Source of the DNA: Candidatus Saccharimonadota bacterium
Lineage (GTDB): Archaea; Nanobdellota; Nanobdellia; Pacearchaeales; GW2011-AR1
DNA: 32,000 nucleotides
Assembly (NCBI GenBank): GCA_017609205.1
Contig: JAFCEL010000001.1
Span: 210,001 to 242,000 of the forward strand
Direction of reading: 5' to 3'
Part shown: piece by piece, positions 15,701-22,042 of the stretch
Layout: each line of letters begins with the position of its first letter
Numbering within the stretch: the first letter of the stretch is position 1
Notes under the pieces: generated by a model
What the model was told of the DNA's origin: nothing
What the model saw: only the letters and a program-made list of their open reading frames with translations
The model's database searches: none
Translations under genes and position numbers: made by a program

Positions 15701-16595
15701 ACATAATTCTTATGTCAAATATGGAACAAAAGAAATTCCGGCTGAAATATATCTCAATGAACCATCAGATTGCAAATATGATACTAGAGATGTAAGTTAT
15801 GAAGCAATGTCCCATAATATGACTTGCTTTACAGAACTATTGCAACTTACTGACTTTGGCTGGAAATGCTCTACAACATTAAAAGGTTTCGATAAGGAAG
15901 AGAATAAATTTTATATTAGATGCAAAGACCAACCATGGCTTGTCAATGATTCTGTAAAGATAGTAAATGAAAAAACAAATGAAACAACTTATAAAACAAG
16001 AAACGTGAATACAGAAAGTTTTATTTTTACATTGAAAAGTTCATTAAACAAACTAAATATCACCTCCATCTCCCCAAAAGGAGAGATTAGTGGGGGTTTT
16101 GAACCAATAACTGTTGATCTAGAAGTTAAAACTTCTGGAGGCGCAAACAATGGAGAAGCAACATGTTACTACAAATTTTCAGAGAATGAAACAGAAACAT
16201 TATTTTTTGATACTTTCTCTAATATTCACAAACAAACATTTAACAGCATGATGAGTGGGAATTATAAAATTTGGGTCAGATGCGAAGATGATGCAGGAAA
16301 TATCGCAGAAGATACAACAGAATTTGAATTAAATCTCGATACAAAACCCCCAATAGTTGTGAGAGTGTATTCTGAAGACGGGAAAATTAGGTTAATAACA
16401 AATGAGGAAGCAGAATGTTATTATGATTTTGATAGATGTAATTTTAATTTTGAAAATGCAAGTTCAATGACAAATTTCTTTTCAAAAGAGCACAAAATAG
16501 AAAAAATCTCAGGACAAACCTATTATGTAAAATGTAAAGATATCTGGGGTAATTATGGAAATGGTTGTAGTATCATTATAAAGACCTTTAGCTAG
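12792..16595 (+). CDS. Giant (1267 aa) Cys-rich surface protein: Sec signal, ~490-aa Cys-rich domain, Gly/Ala-rich glycine-zipper/TM region and four Ig-like repeats
   Basis: The start shares 1 nt with the upstream stop (TAATG). The signal peptide is MMKKNILTTTVIFQIFLLAITVFA. The N-terminal domain is colinear with the 489-aa paralog at 17414-18883. G/A-rich segments lie at nt ~14478-14997, followed by the TM AFAWAVIVVVVLAVVIKII. The C-terminal repeats each have C[KY]Y ... [IV][RK]C.D(..GN). Confidence 0.85.
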   Translation: MMKKNILTTTVIFQIFLLAITVFANSYNLHSSDLIPVVSAEDSFSCCPKTNDGAICQDVSSDYSNCAEELLPTKCDYVAKCKLGCCIDEKEGLCTTNSPKGKCEEDGGIWQEDKNCNTFECQKGCCVLGEKVEFITEDRCNKLSLLFGFDKDFRDLETELECFALEKSQPEGACIFNGGVCKFTTESECRKLGGKFSEGNLCSKESLNTICERQASIGCVEGKDEIYWFDSCGNKENIYSSNKDASWNNGEVLKKEDSCGAGSSNINSKSCGNCNYFLGSKCAESSSGKARVDDGNFVCKNLNCIDENGKERVNGESWCVYDSFIGDGKDAVGSRHWKRMCINGEIKVEPCADYRGQICVQSNINGTGRNFSIAACVINEATKCLSYNSNQDMDSCRKNEYCVVKEINVDSGFQFDVCVGKYPKGFDLTGEEYLESRDMCGIASQKCEVLYVKDWKGHWKCKKNCNCESEEFSKQMNDLCISLGDCGSYINYIGDGTDNSDVENAPEIPWQDYKKFAEPVKGLYAEAKDIEEVLEVIKKDYRKDSNAKGQEKNSFAEGIKLLGTISSSTGSLISGLAWAGGSVKIIGAGQTIPSGAQVLGGSVVTGPAGGSSLVAGEGGTLVATKGAIGGQGLVGTTLGSVGAAAGGIGIGMTVGSFAAKAFGIKGNAATFLSLAGGIAGGIAGYGAFAYSAASTAAGGGAAGAAAGSSAAGGLGGISTFGGSSLFTGSFGPMMAAFAWAVIVVVVLAVVIKIIGWGDTKIVTVQFECMPWEAPLGGDNCNKCNDDPLKPCSKYRCESLGQACILLNEDTENPVCESLPKEDNPPVISTGEILDDLTFLNTGESKTEISEIGKKCITEFKPVLFSLNTDEYAQCKYSFEKTKNYDEMEQFPLEQNKFSKNHTFAFSIPSVDSLNTYNTIKNISEMFSEMNMYIRCQDVHGNYNKDEYTVHFCINSGPDITPPILVATNPKHNSYVKYGTKEIPAEIYLNEPSDCKYDTRDVSYEAMSHNMTCFTELLQLTDFGWKCSTTLKGFDKEENKFYIRCKDQPWLVNDSVKIVNEKTNETTYKTRNVNTESFIFTLKSSLNKLNITSISPKGEISGGFEPITVDLEVKTSGGANNGEATCYYKFSENETETLFFDTFSNIHKQTFNSMMSGNYKIWVRCEDDAGNIAEDTTEFELNLDTKPPIVVRVYSEDGKIRLITNEEAECYYDFDRCNFNFENASSMTNFFSKEHKIEKISGQTYYVKCKDIWGNYGNGCSIIIKTFS

Positions 16596-16610
16596 TCGTA
16601 ATAAAGAAAA

Positions 16611-16618
16611 TTTATAAA
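16611..16618 (+). promoter_or_regulatory. Internal TATA box (tttataaa) for the second module
   Basis: aaagaaaatttataaa, centred about 26 nt upstream of the ATG at 16640, inside the 44-nt gap after the giant gene. Confidence 0.45.
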
Positions 16619-16639
16619 CAAGAGTTATTTAATAGAATT

Positions 16640-17413
16640 ATGACAAATAAAAGAGGACAAATAACTATTTTCATCATTATTGGAATAATAATTGTAGGTC
16701 TTGCTATTGTCATTTACCTTGTGTTCCCTCAAATAAAAACAAAGATAGGATTATCTTCAAAGAACCCTTCTTCTTTTATGCAGGCATGTATGGAGGATTC
16801 AATAAAAGAAACCGTAAAAACAATCTCTTCTAATGGAGGGAGTATTAACCCAAAAAACTATGTGTTGTATAACAATAATAAAATAGAATATTTATGTTAC
16901 ACTAATGAATATTACAAAACATGTGTTGTTCAAAGACCCCTTCTTAAAAGACATATTGAAGAAGAAATAGAAAAAGAAATAAAAGACGAAGCAAAAAATT
17001 GCCTTGATAAACTAAAAGAAAATTATGAGAGTAGAGGATATAATGTGAACATAAAAGATGGGAATATTGATGTTGAATTGCTGCCTGAGATTATTGCAGT
17101 AAATTTTAATAATAGTGTTGTTCTTACAAAAGACCCCTCTGAAAAATATGATCTTCTAAGAATTTCTGTCAAAAATAATCTTTATGAGCTGATTAGTATT
17201 GCAAACAGTATAATTCAATGGGAAGCAAGTTATGGCGATGCTGAAACAACAACATACATGAATTATTATCATGATTTAAAAGTTGAAAAGAAAAAACAAT
17301 CAGACGGAACAACAATATATATCTTAACTAACAGAAATACAGGAGATAAATTTCAATTTGCATCAAGGAGTTTAGCATGGCCTCCTGGTTATGGTGCAGA
17401 AGGAGTTGCTTAA
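16640..17413 (+). CDS. Class III (prepilin-like) signal-peptide protein, module copy 2 (257 aa)
   Basis: The N-terminus is MTNKRG|QITIFIIIGIIIVGLAIVIYLVF. It is a paralog of 12022-12792. Confidence 0.7.
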   Translation: MTNKRGQITIFIIIGIIIVGLAIVIYLVFPQIKTKIGLSSKNPSSFMQACMEDSIKETVKTISSNGGSINPKNYVLYNNNKIEYLCYTNEYYKTCVVQRPLLKRHIEEEIEKEIKDEAKNCLDKLKENYESRGYNVNIKDGNIDVELLPEIIAVNFNNSVVLTKDPSEKYDLLRISVKNNLYELISIANSIIQWEASYGDAETTTYMNYYHDLKVEKKKQSDGTTIYILTNRNTGDKFQFASRSLAWPPGYGAEGVA

Positions 17414-18883
17414 ATGAATGAGAAGATTTTAATCTTGTTTGTAGGAATCTTATTAGTTGCAACATTCGTTAGTGCAGAGACATCATATTGCTGCGAGAGA
17501 TTAATCTCAGGGGCATGGTGTCAGAATGCTCCAGAAAGCAGTTGTGACAATAATTATAGGGTTGTTCCTACTTCTTGTGAATCCACTTCTTATTGCAAAT
17601 TAGGAACATGCATTGACAGTGAAGAAGGAACCTGTATAGAGAATACACCTCAGAAAGTTTGTGAAGATTCTAAAGGAGTTTGGTATGATAAAGATAGTGA
17701 TGAAGTTCCCCAATGTAACTTGGGTTGTTGTATTCTAGGAGATCAAGCAGCATTTGTTACAAAAACAAGATGTAAAAGATTATCCTCGTTGTATGGTCTT
17801 GAAACAAATTTCCGGGATGATATTAATGGGGAATTTCAGTGTATTGCAAGCGCGACTTCAGAAGTAAAAGGGGCATGTGTTTTTGATAGAGAATATGAAA
17901 GAACATGCTTAATTCTAACAAAAAAAGAATGTGCTGAGATGCAGATAGCAAATAAAACAGAATTCTATGAAGGAAGATTATGTTCTGACGAGACTCTTAA
18001 CACAAATTGCGGACCTTCTGAAAAAACAACATGTGTTGAGGGAAAAGATGAAGTTTATTTCTTAGATACTTGCGGAAATATCGCGAATATATATGATGCT
18101 TCAAAAATAAATGACAAAGAATATTGGGCAAAGATTAAAGATAAATCAGAGAGTTGTAATTATGGTTCTTCAAACGCCAATTCTGCAACATGTGGAAATT
18201 GTGACTATTATCTTGGAAGCACTTGTAAAGATTATAAATTAAATAAGGGGAATAGAAAACCCACTTATGGAACAAATGTTTGCCAAGACTTAAGCTGTGA
18301 ATATAATGGGAAAAAATATGAGCATGGAGAAACATGGTGTGCAGAGAGCAAAGGTTCAGAAGACAATCTTCCTGGTTCAAGATATTTTAGAATGATATGT
18401 TACAATGGAGAAGTAAGTGTTGAACCTTGCGCTGATTTCAGACAAGAGATTTGTATTGAATCAGAAATCGAAGGATTCAGTACTGCTGCATGCAGAGTTA
18501 ACAGATGGCAAGATTGTGTTTCACAAGGAAATTCAAAAGACTGCGAAAATGAAGACAGAAGAGACTGTATTTGGTTGGGAAAAGGACAGGGATGTGTTCC
18601 AAAATATGCCCCTGGATTTAATTTTTGGGAAAGTGGGGATGCTGAATCAATATGTTCGCAAGCAAATATGGAGTGCGAGGTTGTTTATGAAAAAACATTG
18701 GGAGGAGATAAAAAATGTGTGAGTGGATGCGAATGTATTTCAGATTCATGGAAAAGCAAGATGAATCAAATGTGTGTTTCTCTCGGAGATTGTGGAAGCA
18801 GTACAAATTACATTGGAATAAAAGGATATCACGACGAGAATGCTGTTTACTCTGGCACTGCAGATAAAGAAGATAAAGAGTAA
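17414..18883 (+). CDS. Secreted Cys-rich protein (489 aa), short paralog of the N-terminal domain of the giant protein
   Basis: The ATG immediately follows the upstream TAA. The signal peptide is MNEKILILFVGILLVATFVSA. I count about 43 Cys by hand. Shared blocks with 12792-16595 are CVEGKDE.Y..D.CGN, CGNC.Y.LGS.C, GSR....MC.NGE..VEPCAD.R..IC and C.SLGDCGS. It has no TM after the signal peptide. Confidence 0.85.
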   Translation: MNEKILILFVGILLVATFVSAETSYCCERLISGAWCQNAPESSCDNNYRVVPTSCESTSYCKLGTCIDSEEGTCIENTPQKVCEDSKGVWYDKDSDEVPQCNLGCCILGDQAAFVTKTRCKRLSSLYGLETNFRDDINGEFQCIASATSEVKGACVFDREYERTCLILTKKECAEMQIANKTEFYEGRLCSDETLNTNCGPSEKTTCVEGKDEVYFLDTCGNIANIYDASKINDKEYWAKIKDKSESCNYGSSNANSATCGNCDYYLGSTCKDYKLNKGNRKPTYGTNVCQDLSCEYNGKKYEHGETWCAESKGSEDNLPGSRYFRMICYNGEVSVEPCADFRQEICIESEIEGFSTAACRVNRWQDCVSQGNSKDCENEDRRDCIWLGKGQGCVPKYAPGFNFWESGDAESICSQANMECEVVYEKTLGGDKKCVSGCECISDSWKSKMNQMCVSLGDCGSSTNYIGIKGYHDENAVYSGTADKEDKE

Positions 18884-18895
18884 TTTAAGTTAAGA

Positions 18896-18902
18896 TTTAT
18901 AA
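18896..18902 (+). promoter_or_regulatory. Internal TATA box (tttataa) for the four-gene pilin-like block
   Basis: aagatttataag, centred about 26 nt upstream of the ATG at 18925, in the 41-nt gap. Confidence 0.4.
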
Positions 18903-18924
18903 GTTAAAGTTTTCTTTTATATAA

Positions 18925-19416
18925 ATGAAAAAAAAGGGGCAAATGAAATTATCTTTTGGGATGATTTTTACTATTATCCTCATTGTCGCGTTTATGGCCT
19001 TTGCATTTTATGCTATACAGAAGTTTCTAGGAATGCAGAGAACACTTGAAGTAGGAAGTTTTGCAAGTACTTTCCAAGAAGACATTAACAGAATGTGGAA
19101 AAGTTCCGAAGGATCCCAGGAAAAAGAATATTATCTTCCAAAAAGAATAGAAAAAGTCTGCATAATTGACTATAGTTCTAATTTAAGAGGAAAAAACAAA
19201 GAGATTGGAGATAAATTAAAACAAGTCTTTTATGAAAAAGAGAATATATTCTTCTACCCTCTTGGTTCTGCAGAAGGGCTTGATGCTTTAGCGATTGAAC
19301 ATCTCGACTTAAAAGAAATAACAAAAGAAGAGAATCCATTCTGTATTGAGAATTCTGGAAAAATAAAAGTAATAATAAAAAAAGATTATGAAAACTCTCT
19401 TGTAATAATAAAATGA
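18925..19416 (+). CDS. Class III signal-peptide (pilin-like) protein, 163 aa
   Basis: The N-terminus is MKKKG|QMKLSFGMIFTIILIVAFMAFAFYAI. This KGQ..LSF pattern resembles the euryarchaeal DUF361-type prepilin signal (from memory). Confidence 0.65.
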   Translation: MKKKGQMKLSFGMIFTIILIVAFMAFAFYAIQKFLGMQRTLEVGSFASTFQEDINRMWKSSEGSQEKEYYLPKRIEKVCIIDYSSNLRGKNKEIGDKLKQVFYEKENIFFYPLGSAEGLDALAIEHLDLKEITKEENPFCIENSGKIKVIIKKDYENSLVIIK

Positions 19417-20333
19417 ATAAGGGCTATCTTGATTTTTCATTTGCGACGATTTTTGCGATTATTGCAGGTATTTTCATTTTAGGTCTTGCTATTTATGGTT
19501 CGACAAGACTATTAAAGACAGAACAAGAAGTCCAGGATGTAAAAACAGGAAAAGAAATCGGAATCTTATTGAACCCCCTTGAAATAGGATATGAAACAGG
19601 AAAAGTCACTTCTTTTTCTATTCCTGCAGACACAAGAATTTACAATAATTGCAAAGAAGAAGGTGTTTTTGGAAGACAACTCATTAAAATATCTCAAAAA
19701 AGTTTTGGTAAATGGACTGAAACAGACTTGAACGTTAGTTTTGAGAATAAATATATTTTCTCGAAAAGGCCTGTTGAAGGAAAAGAATTCTACTTATTCT
19801 CAAAACCATTTGAATTTCCATTTAAAGTCAGTGACCTGATTTACATGACTTCTGCGAAAGATTCTTATTGTTTTGTGAACCCCCCAGAAGAAGTTAGAGG
19901 TGAATTATCTTCATTAAACCAGAAGAATATTTTTCTAGATAATTGTTCAGAAGAGAGTACAATAATTTGCTTTAATGAATTTGAAGACTGCGACGTAAAA
20001 ATCAATTATGAAGAGGGTTATTTAAAAAAGAATAATAACGTTCTTTATTTCAAAGGAGATGCCTTAATGTATGCAGGTGTTTTTTCTGATGCTGGGAGTT
20101 ATGAGTGTCAATTAAAGAGATTAATGAAAAGAGTGGGAGTATTAGCCCAAGTTTACTCTGATAAAGCTAATTTTGTCTCAAGAAGAGGATGTAATTCAAA
20201 TTTAAATGAAGATTTGCTTAGATTAATTAACTTTTGCAATAATTTCAAAGATTCATCAGAGATAAAATTAGTTGCCAAGATTTCAGAGGAAATACAAAAT
20301 AAAAATAAATTTGCAGAGTGTAAATTATGGTAA
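19413..20333 (+). CDS. Class III signal-peptide (pilin-like) protein, 306 aa
   Basis: ATGA overlap with the upstream gene. The N-terminus is MNKG|YLDFSFATIFAIIAGIFILGLAIYG. Several Cys occur in the globular part. Confidence 0.6.
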   Translation: MNKGYLDFSFATIFAIIAGIFILGLAIYGSTRLLKTEQEVQDVKTGKEIGILLNPLEIGYETGKVTSFSIPADTRIYNNCKEEGVFGRQLIKISQKSFGKWTETDLNVSFENKYIFSKRPVEGKEFYLFSKPFEFPFKVSDLIYMTSAKDSYCFVNPPEEVRGELSSLNQKNIFLDNCSEESTIICFNEFEDCDVKINYEEGYLKKNNNVLYFKGDALMYAGVFSDAGSYECQLKRLMKRVGVLAQVYSDKANFVSRRGCNSNLNEDLLRLINFCNNFKDSSEIKLVAKISEEIQNKNKFAECKLW

Positions 20334-20857
20334 AGGAAAAATCAATCCGAGCACAAGTAAAAATCCAACAGATGCTTTTCATGCTATTAGCAATAACTTT
20401 ATTTTTTGTACTTGTTGGAATTTTCTTGATTGTTATTGGTTTTTCAGGGTTGAAGGAATCTGCCATTGAATTGCAAGAAAAAAATTCACTCTTATTAGTT
20501 ACTAAACTTGCCAACTCACCTGAATTCTCGTGTGGCGAATCATTTGGAAGCAATAAAATAAATTGTATCGACGGAGATAAAATTATGATGCTAAAAGAGA
20601 ACAGTGAAAAATACAAGAATTTTTGGGGAGTATCCAATATTGAAATAAGAAAAATTTATCCAGAAACTGATGGAAAGAAAGAATGCACAATTAATAACTA
20701 TCCTGAATGTAATATTATGAAAATTTACTCAAAAGAAAGTTTGGGTGTAGATGTCTCAAATTTTGTAACATTATGCAGGAAAGAATTATCATTGGGGGGC
20801 GGTAGTTATGACAAATGTGAGATCGCTAAAATGATTGTTCGTTATGAATTAGAATGA
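20327..20857 (+). CDS. Pilin-like or N-terminally anchored protein, 176 aa
   Basis: 7-nt overlap with the upstream gene. The N-terminus is MVKEKSIRA|QVKIQQMLFMLLAITLFFVLVGIFLIVIG, with a less canonical cleavage site. Paired Cys occur in the ectodomain. Confidence 0.5.
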   Translation: MVKEKSIRAQVKIQQMLFMLLAITLFFVLVGIFLIVIGFSGLKESAIELQEKNSLLLVTKLANSPEFSCGESFGSNKINCIDGDKIMMLKENSEKYKNFWGVSNIEIRKIYPETDGKKECTINNYPECNIMKIYSKESLGVDVSNFVTLCRKELSLGGGSYDKCEIAKMIVRYELE

Positions 20858-21336
20858 AAAACAAAAAAGGACAGGAAGAATTCGTAGGTTTTGGTCTGAT
20901 AATAATAGTCGTAGCAGTAATATTATTGATTTTTCTAAGTTTTGTTCTTAAAAAAAATTCACAAAAAGAGTATGTTGAAAGTTATGAAGTTGAAAGTTTT
21001 ATACAATCAGCTCTTCAATATACTACAGACTGCGAAGACAATCTTGAATTTCTGTCAATCCAAAAAGTTATCTTCAGTTGTATTGACAAAGAAACTTGTT
21101 TAGATAAAAGAAGTAGCTGTGATGTATTAAATGAAACCTTAAAAGAAATTGTTGAAAAAAGTTGGAGAGTTGAAAAAGGAAGTACAATCCAAGGATATAA
21201 AATGCAGATTATAGATGGCGAGCAAGAAATTATTAGTATAAAGAAAGGGAATGAAACAAAGAATAATAAAGGTTCTAAACAACATTTTAGCAGAGGGGGT
21301 AATGAAGTAGAAATCTCTTTTACTGTATATTATTAA
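20854..21336 (+). CDS. Class III signal-peptide (pilin-like) protein, 160 aa
   Basis: ATGA overlap with the upstream gene. The N-terminus is MKNKKG|QEEFVGFGLIIIVVAVILLIFLSF. Confidence 0.65.
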   Translation: MKNKKGQEEFVGFGLIIIVVAVILLIFLSFVLKKNSQKEYVESYEVESFIQSALQYTTDCEDNLEFLSIQKVIFSCIDKETCLDKRSSCDVLNETLKEIVEKSWRVEKGSTIQGYKMQIIDGEQEIISIKKGNETKNNKGSKQHFSRGGNEVEISFTVYY

Positions 21337-21677
21337 ATTTTTATATTAATTATTATTGAATCTACAATAATTTTTGGCCTATGTCTAATTCTCTTGCCTT
21401 CTTTTTCTTCAACAAAGGAAATAAAACCAAATCTCTCTAGCAATTTTACATCATCAAAAACAGATTTGAAATTTCTGCCTAGAATTTTAGCAAGAGAATA
21501 GATTGAATCTGGATTTTGATTTTTTATCGTATCAAGAATTCTTGCTTTTTCATTGCTTAGAAGATTCCTTATAGCAGAAATTCCTGAAAAATCATAATCT
21601 TTTTTTGAAGTTCCCTTTTTTCTAAATAAATTGAAGGTTCCTTTTGAAAGAGTAATTATCAATTCTCGTTTAGCCAT
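21333..21677 (-). CDS. Winged-helix transcriptional regulator (ArsR/MarR-like, small HTH family)
   Basis: 114 aa. LLSNEKARILDTIKNQNPDSIYSLAKILGRNFKSVFDDVKLLERFGFISFVEEKEGKRIRHRP is a typical wHTH. It is convergent with the pilin-like operon and overlaps its end by 4 nt. Confidence 0.65.
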   Translation of the reverse strand: MAKRELIITLSKGTFNLFRKKGTSKKDYDFSGISAIRNLLSNEKARILDTIKNQNPDSIYSLAKILGRNFKSVFDDVKLLERFGFISFVEEKEGKRIRHRPKIIVDSIIINIKI

Positions 21678-22029
21678 TTTTAATTTTATACATTAATATA
21701 GATATCTGTTTATTTATCATATATATTAATTAAATAACATACATATTAAAAAATGTTTCGTTTATGGAAAAAAGGGTAAATGTAATTATAGGGAAGTTAC
21801 ATCGAAACATTTATAAATAAACCCTTGTTTTGGGCTGTTTTTCTTATTATTATAAGGGGAAAGATAGTAAACTTTTTAAAGGAAAATCGATTTTTGATAG
21901 AAGCACCCAATGGGGTTCTAATAGGGATTAAAATGAAAAAAAAATCATACTCATCAAGTGAAATAACTTTCCCTATGGTTATTACACTTGGCGAGCGTTG
22001 TCGTAGACAGCATAATCATAGAGCTGAAA

Positions 22030-22035
22030 GGAGGT
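22030..22035 (+). promoter_or_regulatory. Shine-Dalgarno sequence (GGAGGT) of the S-layer gene
   Basis: gaaaGGAGGTtataaatATG, with 7-nt spacing to the ATG at 22043. It is the clearest SD in the window. Confidence 0.6.
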
Positions 22036-22042
22036 TATAAAT

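Noticed and set aside
13446-18798. Perfect 21-22-nt DNA identities between the two Cys-rich paralogs (13446-13466 = 18032-18052; 14233-14254 = 18777-18798) considered as evidence of recent duplication or gene conversion
   Set aside because: They coincide with the most conserved peptide blocks (CVEGKDE and SLGDCGS) and mostly use the genome's preferred codons. The flanking DNA is strongly diverged. Shared use of the rarer CTC Leu codon is curious but insufficient. Conserved sequence plus codon bias is the simpler explanation.
18135-20637. Track ORFs 18135-18380, 18417-18722, 18618-18806, 20245-20637 and 20272-20469
   Set aside because: They are out of frame or antisense within well-supported operon genes.
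21825-22040. 71-aa TTG-start ORF upstream of the S-layer gene
   Set aside because: It has a non-ATG start, no promoter spacing or SD, and an odd composition. It ends at the S-layer SD. It is more likely part of the S-layer 5' UTR.
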